Assembly (NCBI GenBank): GCA_963754945.1
Contig: CAVWIG010000028.1
Coordinates: forward strand, 1-64,000
DNA from: Methanotrichaceae archaeon
GTDB lineage: Archaea > Halobacteriota > Methanosarcinia > Methanotrichales > Methanotrichaceae
Direction of reading: 5' to 3'
Length of the DNA stretch: 64,000 nucleotides
Every line of letters begins with the position of its first letter. Position 1 is the stretch's first letter. Position numbers and translations under genes: made by a program. The notes under the pieces were generated by a model, which saw only the letters and a program-made list of their open reading frames with translations, was not told the origin of the DNA and made no database searches. Shown piece after piece: positions 10,349-21,094 of this stretch.

Positions 10349-10850
10349 CGTCTCGCCTTGGATGAATAGTTAAAAGAATCTGCATTTTATTAATCCTTCG
10401 CTAGGGCCTCGTAGTACCTTACGAGATTCAATTTACTGGTATCCTTTGATATGCAGCGATATAGGTATTTAACAGGATCTCTAGGAAACTCAAATACGAA
10501 TCCATCATGCAAGTAAGATGTCCTTGCTGACCGATTAAATTGACCTCAGAGCGGATGCTGTAAAGTCCTGAATTCTTAGACTTATATTTCCACCTGATTA
10601 GGTGAAGGATTCAATCTTACTGTACTACAATTCTTCTACAATTCTCTATGACCCTAACCGTGAATTTGCACAAGTTTGGACTAAAATAGCACATTGATAT
10701 TTTCTTTCGAGGTAGAGCTTCAAAACGTTGTCTACGAAAGAGTCCTAAAAGGATCCTTTATAAATAAGCAACAGGTCGAATGATGATATTTCATCTTTCA
10801 TTTGCTCCGCGAAATGATAGCAGTCCGAATTTGGTGGTCGCAAATCCTAT

Positions 10851-10896
10851 TAAAAAGAGGGTGCAGAATCCTCAGGCCTGAAGCCAAAGGATCTGC
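10851..10896 (-). terminator. Hairpin plus T-tract downstream of satP
   Basis: GCAG(A)ATCCT...AGGATCTGC inverted repeat, followed on the minus strand by CTCTTTTT. Confidence 0.45.
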
Positions 10897-10916
10897 GTTT
10901 CAACCACGTGCTCAAA

Positions 10917-11522
10917 TCATTTCTTGACAGGCCAGATGGGAGCTACGATCTTGCCGTAAACCTCGTTGAGGACCTGAGCCAGACCAGTGTATATGGCGGA
11001 GAATCCGCAGATTATGCCCTCAAAACCTGCTATTGTGGTTATCGAGGCATTGCCGGTGGCATCTCCCAGCGCCAGCAGGAAGAACAGCAGAGTTAGCGAC
11101 CCAAAAACGAGCTGCAATGCCCTGTTGAGCTTCAGGGTGCCTATGAACATGACCAGGGTGAACAGCCCCCACATGAAGAGGTAGGCAGCCATGGCGGTCT
11201 TGGATGCGGCCGTGCCCAGGCCCATCTTGGGCAGTACAAGTAGGCCTACAAGCGAAAGCCAAAATAAGCCGTAAGATGTAAACGCAGTAGTTCCAAAGGT
11301 GTTGTTCTTCTTCCATTCCATTATTCCCGCAATTATTTGAGCCAGGCCTCCGTAGAAGATTCCCATCGCCAGTATCATAGAGTTGAGGTCGAAGTAGCCG
11401 GCGTTGTGCAGGTTCAGAAGCACTGTTGTCATTCCGAAACCCAGCAGGCCCAAAGGTGCGGGGTTGGCAGAGACGTCTTTTATCTTTACCAATGCTTCAC
11501 TTGATTTTTGCTCGCTTTGCAA
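10917..11522 (-). CDS. satP: Acetate uptake channel, SatP/Ady2 (GPR1/FUN34/YaaH) family
   Basis: [12 protein letters not shown] signature, FYGGLAQ, SYGLFW; six TM helices; GGAGGG SD before TTG. Confidence 0.95.
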   Translation of the reverse strand: MQSEQKSSEALVKIKDVSANPAPLGLLGFGMTTVLLNLHNAGYFDLNSMILAMGIFYGGLAQIIAGIMEWKKNNTFGTTAFTSYGLFWLSLVGLLVLPKMGLGTAASKTAMAAYLFMWGLFTLVMFIGTLKLNRALQLVFGSLTLLFFLLALGDATGNASITTIAGFEGIICGFSAIYTGLAQVLNEVYGKIVAPIWPVKK

Positions 11523-11647
11523 GTAACAATCCCTCCTGGGATAGCCAGGCAGTTTTAAATATTTATTTGTTACCCTTAAGATATAGATGAAAAATCGTGT
11601 TAAAAGCTTTTTATCAAATTAGATATAGCTAATATTTATTAAGGTAA

Positions 11648-12109
11648 AATAGTATATGAATACAAAAAGATGGAAAAAGTTAAAAGGAAATGAAAATGAA
11701 CGAACGCGACTAATCTTATCGCTTTTTCAGGGGTGAGGAATTCCAGGCGAATAGCTGAGGAATGGGGATCTATCATCGTCGAACGGATGACTGATTTTCC
11801 AATACAACTGCTGAATCCCCTCAAACGGATCAATTTCGATTGATATTTTAAATCTTCCAAACAATTATCAGTATGTAATAGTATATGAATTACTGTATAT
11901 CATATATCGTATTCTTTGTAACAATATATTCCAAATACGGTCCGACAGTTCACCTGCGTTAGAAGTAATAAAATATCTAGCCCCATGTCTGAACTGCGGA
12001 GCTCGTGCTCGGTCAGCGAGATATTATCTCTATTTTATCGGTATTCTAAGACGATATCTTTTCCAATTCGGGGGATTAACTTCCGTATGAAATTCATAAA
12101 TTCATATAC
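11648..12109. promoter_or_regulatory. Repeated motif (AATA)GTATATGAAT, three copies in the satP upstream region
   Basis: AATAGTATATGAAT at 11648-11661 and 11877-11890; inverted ATTCATATAC at 12100-12109. Confidence 0.45.
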
Positions 12110-12145
12110 AGTAAAATTTATATATGATAGAGTATAAGGATATGT

Positions 12146-12210
12146 TGGATCCGGGATTGTTCTATGCTATTAAGTCATCCATCCCCTCAAGATGAATGAA
12201 CCCGGATCCA
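12146..12210 (+). ncRNA. Candidate structured small RNA or 5' leader
   Basis: TATA-like TTTATATA at 12117-12124; 10-bp terminal stem TGGATCCGGG/CCCGGATCCA; inner TCATC/GATGA hairpin with C-rich loop; GC-rich island in AT-rich DNA. Confidence 0.4.
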
Positions 12211-12302
12211 CCCCTCGAATCTTCAGAATAGTTGTATAAACTGGTAAATCTCCTAGTTCGATCGGATTAAATTCCTTTTAATCGATTATCAATGGTGAGA
12301 CC

Positions 12303-12695
12303 ATGATAGAGTTCGATACCAGAAAGGAAGTCGAAGTGATAGATCTGACTCCATATGTTGGAAAAGCTATAAAGGAGAGCAGCATCGAACAGGGGATCTG
12401 CCTGATCTACACTCTTCATACAACTACAGGAATCGTGGTCAACGAGGCGGAGCCGGGATTAATCCAGGATCTGACAAAGTTGATGGCCTCCTTGGCCCCG
12501 CAAGGAGCCGGATACCTTCACGATCGAAACGGTGGAAATGCTCATGCTCATCTCAAAGCAATGCTTCTAGGAAATAGTGTGGTGATTCCAGTAGAAGGCA
12601 AAAGATTGATCCTGGGAACCTGGCAGAAGATCCTATTCGTCGAGCTGGATGGCCCCAGGCATCGCAGGGTATGCGTCAAGCTCATTAAAGAATAG
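12303..12695 (+). CDS. yjbQ: YjbQ/UPF0047 family protein
   Basis: HTTTGIVVNE, NAHAHLK, LGTWQKILFVELDGPR. Confidence 0.92.
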   Translation: MIEFDTRKEVEVIDLTPYVGKAIKESSIEQGICLIYTLHTTTGIVVNEAEPGLIQDLTKLMASLAPQGAGYLHDRNGGNAHAHLKAMLLGNSVVIPVEGKRLILGTWQKILFVELDGPRHRRVCVKLIKE

Positions 12696-12785
12696 AAGAA
12701 GCAAAAAGAAGCAAATGCGGAGAACGAATGCTTCCGATGCTTCAGCGCCTGGTAGCTTTTTCCACCAGCCTTTTCTATCGGACTT

Positions 12786-13655
12786 CTAACAGATTGGAGT
12801 ACCAGTTGTCTGGGTAAGCTCTCGGAAGGCCGCAGTGAGCTCTTTGGTTATGGGACCAGGCTTGCCATCTCCTATGACCCTACCATCCACTTTGGTAACA
12901 GGAGCGACCTCAGCCGCTGTGCCTGTGACGAAGACCTCGTCCCCGGTGTACAGGTCGAAGAGTCCCAGGTCGCGCTCAAGGACCTCATATCCCCTAGCAG
13001 TTGCGATTTCCATAACCGCCGCTCTGGTTATGCCCTTGAGATTGTTTATTGTGAAGGGAGTGTAAACCTTCCCATCCTTGACTATGAATATGTTATCCCC
13101 GCTTCCCTCAGACAGCCTTCCCAGATCGTCCAGGATGATGGCTTCGTTCCCACCCTTGATATTAGCCTCTATCTTGGCAAGGATGTTGTTGAGGTAGTTG
13201 AGCGATTTGACATTGGGCGGAAGGGCTGCAGGCGAGTTTCTCCTGATCGAAACCGTGATGGCCGTGAGGCCGACCTCATAGAGGTCTCCGTACATAGCGC
13301 CCCACTCTGTCGCCATGATGATAACAGTAGCAGCACTGCATTTGTTCGGATCCAGGCCAAGATCACCAATTCCGCGAGTGACTATGGGGCGAATATAAGC
13401 ATCCTGAAGGTTGTTCTTGCGCAGGGTTCCTAGAATGGCCTCGGCCATTTCCTGGCGGGACATGGGTATGCATAGCGCAATGGCCTGGGCTGAGTCGAAG
13501 AGCCTCTCGACGTGATCCTCAAGCCTGAAAACCCGCCCCCTATAAGCCCTGATACCTTCGAAGACACCGTCGCCGTAGAGGAAACCGTGATCGAAGACCG
13601 ACACAGAGGCCTCCTCCGCTGGGACAAACTTACCATTTATATAAATAAGATTCAT
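12786..13655 (-). CDS. ilvE: Branched-chain amino acid aminotransferase
   Basis: [39 protein letters not shown]; start could be 13655-13664. Confidence 0.96.
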   Translation of the reverse strand: MNLIYINGKFVPAEEASVSVFDHGFLYGDGVFEGIRAYRGRVFRLEDHVERLFDSAQAIALCIPMSRQEMAEAILGTLRKNNLQDAYIRPIVTRGIGDLGLDPNKCSAATVIIMATEWGAMYGDLYEVGLTAITVSIRRNSPAALPPNVKSLNYLNNILAKIEANIKGGNEAIILDDLGRLSEGSGDNIFIVKDGKVYTPFTINNLKGITRAAVMEIATARGYEVLERDLGLFDLYTGDEVFVTGTAAEVAPVTKVDGRVIGDGKPGPITKELTAAFRELTQTTGTPIC

Positions 13656-13785
13656 GGGCATCATCCTCTCGAACAATTGGCAAGAATAAATGCATTTTGA
13701 TCGTGTAAGAATCGATCAATGAGAATCGATGGGTTTATTACTAAAGGCGAGAAGCTTGAAGGCTACTCTTTGTGGGGTTTAGGCT

Positions 13786-14196
13786 ATGGCAAGACTTGGT
13801 TTCGTGGTCTCGGAGTTCAACAGGGATATCACATATCAGATGGAGCTGCTTGGCAAGGAGCATGCCCAGTTCCTAAAAGCAGAGGTGGCATCCGTTCTTT
13901 ACGTTCCTGGCGTGTACGACATGCCACTGGCTGTCAGGAAGCTGCTTCGTCGCGACGACATAGATGCGGTGGTGACTATAGGAACAGTGATCCAGGGAGA
14001 CACAGGCCACGACGAGATCGTTGCTCAGCACGCGGCCAGAAAACTGATGGATCTCTCACTTGAGTTCGATAAGCCGGTTACCTTCGGAATTTCCGGCCCG
14101 AAGATGTCAAGGGCCGATGCTCACAAGCGCGTTGATTACGCCAAAAGAGCAGTGGAGGCTGCGGTCAAGCTGGTAACAAGGCTGGAGGGAGATTAA
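13786..14196 (+). CDS. ribH: 6,7-dimethyl-8-ribityllumazine synthase
   Basis: [29 protein letters not shown]. Confidence 0.95.
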   Translation: MARLGFVVSEFNRDITYQMELLGKEHAQFLKAEVASVLYVPGVYDMPLAVRKLLRRDDIDAVVTIGTVIQGDTGHDEIVAQHAARKLMDLSLEFDKPVTFGISGPKMSRADAHKRVDYAKRAVEAAVKLVTRLEGD

Positions 14197-14197
14197 G

Positions 14198-15334
14198 TTG
14201 GTATCAGAACGGATGGCTAACATTCACGAGTCCACCACCCTGAAGATCTCGGCCATGGCCAAGAAGCTGAACAAGAGCGGCCTGGATGTGATAGACTTGG
14301 GAGTGGGAGAGCCGGACTTCGCCACCCCGCAAAACATCTGCGAAGCCGGGTGCAACTCCATCAGAAATGGTGAGACCCACTATGCCCCCACCAGCGGAAT
14401 TGCCGAGCTGAGGCAAGCCATTGCCGAAAAACTCTGCGATGAGAACAAGCTTGCAGTCACCGCAGACGATGTCGTAGTCACTCCGGGTGCCAAGATGGCT
14501 GTGTTCGCTGCAGTCCAGGCGCTCATGCAGGAGGGCGACGAGTGCGTCCTCATCGGTCCATCCTGGGTGAGCTACGAGCCGTGTGTGGCCTTTTCCGGTG
14601 GGCACGTTGTCTGGGGCCAGGTGGACGAAGACTTCATACCGGTCGATCTTGCCGAAACAATTACAAAAAAGACTAAACTTATCCTAATGAACTCCCCATG
14701 CAATCCCACAGGTGCCGTCTTCGATCGCAAAATCTTAAAGGAGATCAGAGACCTGGCCGTGGACCACGACCTCTTCGTCGTCTCTGACGAGATCTACGAG
14801 AAGATAATTTACGATCGTGAGCACATCAGCATAGGATCGCTTCCGGGCATGGAGGACCGAACGGTGACCATCAATGGATTTTCCAAGTGCTACGCTATGA
14901 CCGGCTGGCGTCTTGGCTATTTGACTGGCCCCAAGGAGACTCTGAAGTGGGTAACCAGGTTGTTGTCCCATTCTGTCTCCCAGGCCACTACCTTCGTGCA
15001 GAAAGCCGGGGTAGAGGCCCTGAGGGGACCTCAGGATGCAGTCAAGGCAATGAGGGCCGAGTTTTGTGACAGAAGGGATCTATTTGTCTCAGGGCTGCAG
15101 AGGATGGGAATTAGCTGTAACCTGCCGGGTGGAGCATTTTACGTCTTCCCGAATGTGTCTGAGTTTGGTGGAGGGGATGTCTTTGCTGACAAGCTGCTCA
15201 AGGATGCACTGATCGCTGCCACTCCCGGGTCCGCCTTCGGGCCTGGAGGAGCAGATTATGTGCGCATCTCTTATGCTGCTTCCCAGGAGCGGCTGAAAGA
15301 AGCGCTGACGCGAATAGAGAAGATGTTGGGGTAG
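14198..15334 (+). CDS. PLP-dependent aminotransferase class I/II (aspartate aminotransferase-like)
   Basis: GEPDF, NSPCNPTG, DEIYE, GFSKCYAMTGWRLG. Confidence 0.95.
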   Translation: MVSERMANIHESTTLKISAMAKKLNKSGLDVIDLGVGEPDFATPQNICEAGCNSIRNGETHYAPTSGIAELRQAIAEKLCDENKLAVTADDVVVTPGAKMAVFAAVQALMQEGDECVLIGPSWVSYEPCVAFSGGHVVWGQVDEDFIPVDLAETITKKTKLILMNSPCNPTGAVFDRKILKEIRDLAVDHDLFVVSDEIYEKIIYDREHISIGSLPGMEDRTVTINGFSKCYAMTGWRLGYLTGPKETLKWVTRLLSHSVSQATTFVQKAGVEALRGPQDAVKAMRAEFCDRRDLFVSGLQRMGISCNLPGGAFYVFPNVSEFGGGDVFADKLLKDALIAATPGSAFGPGGADYVRISYAASQERLKEALTRIEKMLG

Positions 15335-15356
15335 GTGCACTTCTACCCATAATGAA

Positions 15357-15725
15357 ATGCAGCTCGACGATCGCTTAAGAAATTTGGCTGATGAATTGGG
15401 CGCGGACTTCTTCGGGGTGGCTGACCTCTCACCGGCCGGGGATTTCATAATTTCTCAAGGTGGGCAAGATGTAGGAGGTTATCCCAAAGCCGTCTCCATC
15501 GGCATTGCTCTTCTTAATCCCATAGTCGATATGCTACCCAATCGTTCTGATACGGCTACGGCCATCGAATACAGGCATCATGCTTGTGATGTCATAAAAT
15601 GAGCGGCCGAACAGCATCCTCAAGACTTGGCAGCGTCCTTCAAAAGGAGGGCCATAGGGCTTTCTCGGTTCCTGCCTCCAAACGTCCAGATGACGAGAGG
15701 ATCTGCGCTATCTTCTCCGCACAAA
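15357..15725 (+). pseudogene. Truncated epoxyqueuosine-reductase-like 4Fe-4S protein
   Basis: GADFFGVADL..YPKAVSIG N-terminus stops at 15602; out-of-frame continuation [32 protein letters not shown]; Fe-S C-terminus absent. Confidence 0.65.
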
Positions 15726-15790
15726 CGGGCTTATAAATGCCGGGGTGATTGAGAATCAATAGTCAGAAAAGATCGGCTTGACTATATTCT

Positions 15791-16351
15791 TCATCCTGTT
15801 TTGAGGACTCGTATGTCCTTCGCAAAAGCCTCGAACTTCGCCTTGTCTTGTCCAAAATTATTCTGGTCTGCTTTAAAATCGATTATCACTATTGTCGTGC
15901 CACGGATACCAATGCCATCTGGAGAATATGCAGCCACAAAACCTGGGATTGTATAGCCATTTTCTACTCCCCCCTTTCCGATTGTACCTATGACTCCGGG
16001 CTTGCCGCCCACTTTAAATAATTTCCAAGAAGTATAATATTCGCTTGATACTGTATTGAAACTTAAAATGGCAGACATTAAGTCATTTTCGTCGATATTG
16101 ATCGGTTTGCCGTAGTCTTGAATTTCCAACCGATATATGACGTTATTGCCAACATCTATGTTGACATCGTAAGGGTTGCAATTGTCCACTGGCAGTGATG
16201 GGTTTACTGTGAAATTCACAAACTCGTCACTCGTTACCTTTATCGTGAACGGCCCTGTTTTTTGAGTGTATATTTCTGCAATGCCGCAATTTAGAACAAT
16301 CGCCGAAGTCAGGGTCATTAAAATTACTATAGCAAGCTTCATCGGATACAT
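15791..16351 (-). CDS. Secreted hypothetical protein
   Basis: Signal peptide-like N-terminus; 186 aa; AT-rich. Confidence 0.7.
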   Translation of the reverse strand: MYPMKLAIVILMTLTSAIVLNCGIAEIYTQKTGPFTIKVTSDEFVNFTVNPSLPVDNCNPYDVNIDVGNNVIYRLEIQDYGKPINIDENDLMSAILSFNTVSSEYYTSWKLFKVGGKPGVIGTIGKGGVENGYTIPGFVAAYSPDGIGIRGTTIVIIDFKADQNNFGQDKAKFEAFAKDIRVLKTG

Positions 16352-16639
16352 CCAGGCCCCAATCTACCATATTCTTAATTCCTGCTTATTCCTACCTCTC
16401 AGTATAATTTGTTTTGCTACCTGGAGCAGAGAGGGACAGATGGAGCAGATTGAAGTCCACGATCAAGGTTGGCATTCGACGATTAAAAGGTGGGTAAGGA
16501 AATCCCCAATTTATGCCTCGAAGCTGGTAGAAAAGATAATAGGTGCCGGAGTGTGATCTAGAACGTCCGGTCGGCGCTTAATATGAAATTCATGAAGGTC
16601 GTCGCCATTTATTAATACTATTTCTAATATTCTCGCCTT

Positions 16640-17452
16640 ATGATCGATAGCGCACTTGATTTTCTGGCCGATGGTACAGTCGGAATTATCGGATGCGGTC
16701 ATCTCGGAAGAACCCTTGCGAAGGCGCTAATCGATCAAGGTCTTCAGAAGGATAAGCTGATGATCTCTTATGGCGGAAGTCCTTCTACACTCGAGAGAAT
16801 TAAAATGGCCGGCTTGCTCGAAAATGTCTCGGACAACGAAGAGATATGCAGGAAATCAGATATCATATTCATCGCCGTTAGACCCGAATCCATTGGAGGG
16901 CTGAGGAAGCTTTCTTTTCCAAAGAGCGCCATCGTTGTCTCCTGCATGGCTGGCGTCCCAAAAGCATCGCTCTTGAAGGCGCTGGGCATTGACGCTTTCA
17001 GAATAATGCCCAGTGGTCCTGACACGATAAAAAATAAAAGCGGTATTGTCGCAGTCTTTCCACCTAATGATATACTTATTGATATTTTATCCCGCATAGG
17101 TCTCGAGGTCTACGAACTCTCAGACGAGGAGTCGATGCATGCCTTCACTGCTGGAGTGTGCCTGCCTGCTGCTCTCCTGGTGGCAGAAAGGAAGGGTCTC
17201 GACACAGACCAGGCGGTGAGGATCATCGAAAGAGAGTATCCCGACTTCGGAGAGATCTACATCTGGGCCAGAGGAGTTTTGCCCTATTGCGGTTCTGAAC
17301 AAGAGGAATACATCAGGAGAATGAGCACAAAAGGAGGAATAACGGAGGCGATAGTCGATAGTCTGAACTCTGGGGACTCTTTTTTGTCTGCATTGAGGAA
17401 GGGAATTGACAGAAGCAAGGAGATCTCCGCCAGAGTCGCATCTCTTCTGTGA
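16640..17452 (+). CDS. proC: Pyrroline-5-carboxylate reductase family protein (divergent)
   Basis: IIGCGHLG, IAVRP, SCMAGV, RIMP, STKGGITE. Confidence 0.75.
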   Translation: MIDSALDFLADGTVGIIGCGHLGRTLAKALIDQGLQKDKLMISYGGSPSTLERIKMAGLLENVSDNEEICRKSDIIFIAVRPESIGGLRKLSFPKSAIVVSCMAGVPKASLLKALGIDAFRIMPSGPDTIKNKSGIVAVFPPNDILIDILSRIGLEVYELSDEESMHAFTAGVCLPAALLVAERKGLDTDQAVRIIEREYPDFGEIYIWARGVLPYCGSEQEEYIRRMSTKGGITEAIVDSLNSGDSFLSALRKGIDRSKEISARVASLL

Positions 17453-17722
17453 AAGTTACTCAAACCCCATGAATAGCGTCTCTGTATCTCGTTTATGACC
17501 GCAAATCCAAACTTCTGAAATTGTCGTCGATCTTCGGATCAAATCTACCACAGCATCAAAAGGCGCGCGACCGATTCGATAGGTGTAACAGTTTTAGCAG
17601 TATTTGCCGATCCATTCCTGCCGACCACGTCCATCAGCCCACCACCATACAGAACCGTGATTCTTGAGAAATTCGTTTGTACTTTTAGGTTATCTGATAA
17701 AGGCTCCAGCCACGACGTAAGA

Positions 17723-18238
17723 TCACTCGATCTTCCTGGCGGCGACCTCAATGGCACGGATAACGCTGTCCTTCGGTATTATGGTGGCCACCGGAATAGA
17801 GAGCAGCTTCTCAACCGTTGGGCTGACGATTGGAGCGCACACTAGCGCAGAGGCTCCGTCTCGCTCAGCCCTGACGGCGGCGATGATGGCCTCTTCTATG
17901 GTGGTAGCTGAGTACTCCCGGAGAGTGAGCATCTTGTCCCCGATGCGCATCTTTTTTTCGCTGATCTTGTCCAGGACAGGCCGGGCGGCGATGATGGCTA
18001 TGAAATTGCCGTCGGAGCCTTCCAGCAGTTTTATAGTCTTGACGATCTGCCTCAATGTAGTGATATTGGGCTCACGATGACCGGATAGGATCTTGTAGAG
18101 GGTCGACTGAGGTATCTCCGAAGCCTTGGAAAATTCCCTGGCACTGAGGCCGAGATCGGAGAAGACTTCCTTTAAAGCTTCTCTCATTCTCTCGTCCGAA
18201 TCGAAGGCCGCCCTCATTACTCTGTCCGCATTCGACAT
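17723..18238 (-). CDS. XRE-family HTH transcriptional regulator with C-terminal ligand-binding-like domain
   Basis: LSAREFSKASEIPQSTLYKILSGHREPN HTH; divergent from cysteate synthase. Confidence 0.88.
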   Translation of the reverse strand: MSNADRVMRAAFDSDERMREALKEVFSDLGLSAREFSKASEIPQSTLYKILSGHREPNITTLRQIVKTIKLLEGSDGNFIAIIAARPVLDKISEKKMRIGDKMLTLREYSATTIEEAIIAAVRAERDGASALVCAPIVSPTVEKLLSIPVATIIPKDSVIRAIEVAARKIE

Positions 18239-18429
18239 ACTATTGGGTTGATTACTGCAAGATACTTCTACTTTTGGGTTCAATTACTCCAAAGAAGGCG
18301 AAGCATTAATATCTGTTCTGCGGTTTATTCGGGCCAATCGTATTTTTTAAAAGCTGCTTTTGTACAAATCGGACAAAATTTAGCCTAAAACAGAAAATGT
18401 TATATCCTTCATTGCCGGAAAATGTCATT

Positions 18430-19647
18430 ATGGGCGAATATCTGGTCAGGTGCGTGAGCGATGGGTCGGTGCAGCCACCCTACGCCCTGAGCTGCCACTC
18501 TGATAACTCCCTTTTGCGGACGGATTATGTTGCCAAGCGGCTAGAGATAAAGCCTTTCCCTGGAATTTGGAGGTTCTACGATTGGCTTCCTGTGAAATGG
18601 ATAATGTCCGAGGCGTGGGAAGGCAGTGTTACCTACAGGAGCAGCGGACTGGCCGCAGCCATTGGCCTGAAACAACTCTACATCAACTTTAGTGGCTACT
18701 GGCCAGAGAGAGGAGCAAGGATGAAGACCTGCAGCTTCAAGGAACTGGAAGCGCTCCCGACAATGCAGCGGCAAAGAGAACGCAGCGATGGTTCCACAAT
18801 GGTGGTTGCCTCGGCCGGAAATACGGCCAGAGCTTTTGCCGAGGTGGCCTCGATGACCAGGCAGCCGCTGAATCTGTTTGTGCCCGAAAAGGCGATGCCC
18901 AGAATGTGGATAACTGTGGAGAAAGGCCCTGTCACCCTGTTTTCCGTTAAAGGGGATTACTACGACGCCATATCCATAGCAGAGAAGGTTCAGTCCCGGC
19001 CCGGCTTCCTTCCCGAAGGTGGAGCGCGCAACATTGCCCGGAGGGACGGGATAGGCACTGTCATGCTTGATGCTGCCCTGAAGATAGGGCGGATTCCTGA
19101 TCACTACTTCCAGGCGGTGGGAAGCGGCACTGGAGGCATATCCGCCTGGGAAGCAGCCATGCGCCTATCCGTGGATGGCCGTTACGGGTCGAATCTTCCC
19201 AGGCTCCACCTTGCCCAGAACGTTCCAAACGCGCCGATATACTATGCCTATAACTGCCAAAAGCCGACAGCCGTCTGTGCTGAGATGTTCGACGACGTGC
19301 TCTTCAACAGAAAGCCGCCTTACGATATTCCAGGAGGTGTCAAGGATGCCCTTCTGGCCACCGGAGGCCAGGTCTACGGAATAACCGACCGGGAGGCCGC
19401 AAAGGCAAAGTCTCTGTTCGAGGATACCGAAGGCATCGATATCCTGAACGCTCCGAGCGTAGCGGTGGCGGCTTTGGCCGAGGCAGCGGAGTCGGGCGCT
19501 GTTAATCCTGAAGATATCATACTTCTCAACATAACCGGCGGAGGGGTGTCCAGAGTCAAAGAGGATTTTGCCCTGAACGCGCTCCAGCCGGACGCAGTTG
19601 TTTCCCGATGGGAGGAAGCTGTAGAGTTTTTGGAGAGCAGATCATGA
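18430..19647 (+). CDS. Cysteate synthase (coenzyme M biosynthesis)
   Basis: Threonine-synthase fold with [49 protein letters not shown]. Confidence 0.9.
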   Translation: MGEYLVRCVSDGSVQPPYALSCHSDNSLLRTDYVAKRLEIKPFPGIWRFYDWLPVKWIMSEAWEGSVTYRSSGLAAAIGLKQLYINFSGYWPERGARMKTCSFKELEALPTMQRQRERSDGSTMVVASAGNTARAFAEVASMTRQPLNLFVPEKAMPRMWITVEKGPVTLFSVKGDYYDAISIAEKVQSRPGFLPEGGARNIARRDGIGTVMLDAALKIGRIPDHYFQAVGSGTGGISAWEAAMRLSVDGRYGSNLPRLHLAQNVPNAPIYYAYNCQKPTAVCAEMFDDVLFNRKPPYDIPGGVKDALLATGGQVYGITDREAAKAKSLFEDTEGIDILNAPSVAVAALAEAAESGAVNPEDIILLNITGGGVSRVKEDFALNALQPDAVVSRWEEAVEFLESRS

Positions 19648-20399
19648 AACCCTTGATTTTGACTATTATTGGCGGAGCTGATAAGGATGGACGAGCTGAT
19701 GCAGTAAACGAGGTCGAGATCGTAAGCGGAGAAATCATAGGAATAGTAGGGCCGACGGGATCGGGGAAGAGCACGCTTATAGCGGACATCGAGCAGTTCG
19801 CCCAAGGAGATACGCCTTCTGGCCGCAGGATACTGATCAACGGCCAGCAGCCTGAGCCAACTCTTAGGACTGATCCAAGAAAGAAGCTGGTGGCCCAGTT
19901 GTCCCAGAACATGCATTTCCTTGCGGACATGTCGGTCGAGGATTTCCTGAGGATGCATGCAAAGAGCAGGGGAAAGAACGGCGATACGGCAAACAAGGTC
20001 GTAGAGCTCGCCAATACACTGACTGGTGAGCCCATTAACCCAGGGCATCCCCTCACCATCCTGAGCGGCGGCCAGTCGAGAGCGCTGATGACGGCCGATA
20101 TAGCTGTCATAAGCGACTCTCCAATTGTGCTCATAGACGAGATCGAGAACGCCGGTATAAAGAAGAAAGAGGCCATGCACCTTTTGGCTGGCGAGGGCAA
20201 GATAGTGGTGGTGGTCACTCACGACCCCATGCTGGCCCTGATGGCATCCCGCAGGATCGTAATGAAGAACGGCGCCATGACAAAAGTGATCAGCACTACC
20301 GACCAGGAGCACAGGGTCTTCCTGGATATCGAGAAGGTTGACGGCTGGCTGACCGCTCTCCGGGAGACAATAAGGCAAGGAGAGGTAGTTGTAGCATGA
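19644..20399 (+). CDS. Stand-alone ABC-type ATPase
   Basis: [33 protein letters not shown]; ATGA overlap with cysteate synthase. Confidence 0.9.
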   Translation: MKPLILTIIGGADKDGRADAVNEVEIVSGEIIGIVGPTGSGKSTLIADIEQFAQGDTPSGRRILINGQQPEPTLRTDPRKKLVAQLSQNMHFLADMSVEDFLRMHAKSRGKNGDTANKVVELANTLTGEPINPGHPLTILSGGQSRALMTADIAVISDSPIVLIDEIENAGIKKKEAMHLLAGEGKIVVVVTHDPMLALMASRRIVMKNGAMTKVISTTDQEHRVFLDIEKVDGWLTALRETIRQGEVVVA

Positions 20400-21094
20400 A
20401 GATGGTTGTGACTGCAGGGACTCCGGGCTCGGGCAAGACTTCAGTTCTCATGCACGCCATCCGGGACCTCAAGCGCGTTGGTGTCAGGCCGGCGCTGGTC
20501 AAGATCGACTGTCTTTGGACCGAGGACGACACGAGGTTCAAAAGATTGGATGTACCTGTAGCTGTCGGTTTATCAAGAGACATGTGCCCTGACCATTACG
20601 CTATCTACAACGTGGAGGAGATGTTGGACTGGGCGGCGGAGCAGCATGCCGATGTGCTGCTGAACGAGACTGCCGGCCTGTGCCTCCGCTGCGCGCCCTA
20701 TCCCGACGGCTGCCTGGCAGTTTGTGTAATAGACGTCACCACCGGCCCAAACACACCCCTCAAAGTTGGCCCTCTTCTCACCACTGCCGATGTTGTGGTC
20801 ACCACGAAGGGTGACCTGGTCTCCCAGGCTGAAAGGGAGGTCTTCAGGGAGCGCATCCTGGAGGCAAACCCCAAGTGTAGGATCATCGAAGCCAACGGCC
20901 TATCCGGAAAGGGCTCTGCAGAGCTGGCCGACCTGATAAGAAGCTGGTCTGACATCTCCGGGGAGATGGTCCTTCGGCACAACCCGCCGTTGGGAGTGTG
21001 CACGCTATGCACTGGCGAGCTGCGCGTGGCCAAGGAACACCACCGCGGCGTTTTGCGACATCTTGACGGCTTCATGGAGTACAAGGGGGAGTAA
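20396..21094 (+). CDS. HypB/UreG-like (G3E) GTPase with Cys motifs
   Basis: [28 protein letters not shown]-terminal CTLC; ATGA overlap. Confidence 0.88.
   Translation: MKMVVTAGTPGSGKTSVLMHAIRDLKRVGVRPALVKIDCLWTEDDTRFKRLDVPVAVGLSRDMCPDHYAIYNVEEMLDWAAEQHADVLLNETAGLCLRCAPYPDGCLAVCVIDVTTGPNTPLKVGPLLTTADVVVTTKGDLVSQAEREVFRERILEANPKCRIIEANGLSGKGSAELADLIRSWSDISGEMVLRHNPPLGVCTLCTGELRVAKEHHRGVLRHLDGFMEYKGE

Noticed and set aside
10757-10832. Possible box C/D sRNA (TATA, then ATGATGA at 10780)
   Set aside because: No properly spaced CTGA D or D' boxes and no terminal stem
19374-20378. Long antisense ORFs (also 32888-33553, 52974-53672, 62600-63244)
   Set aside because: Shadows of well-supported opposite-strand genes; no motifs
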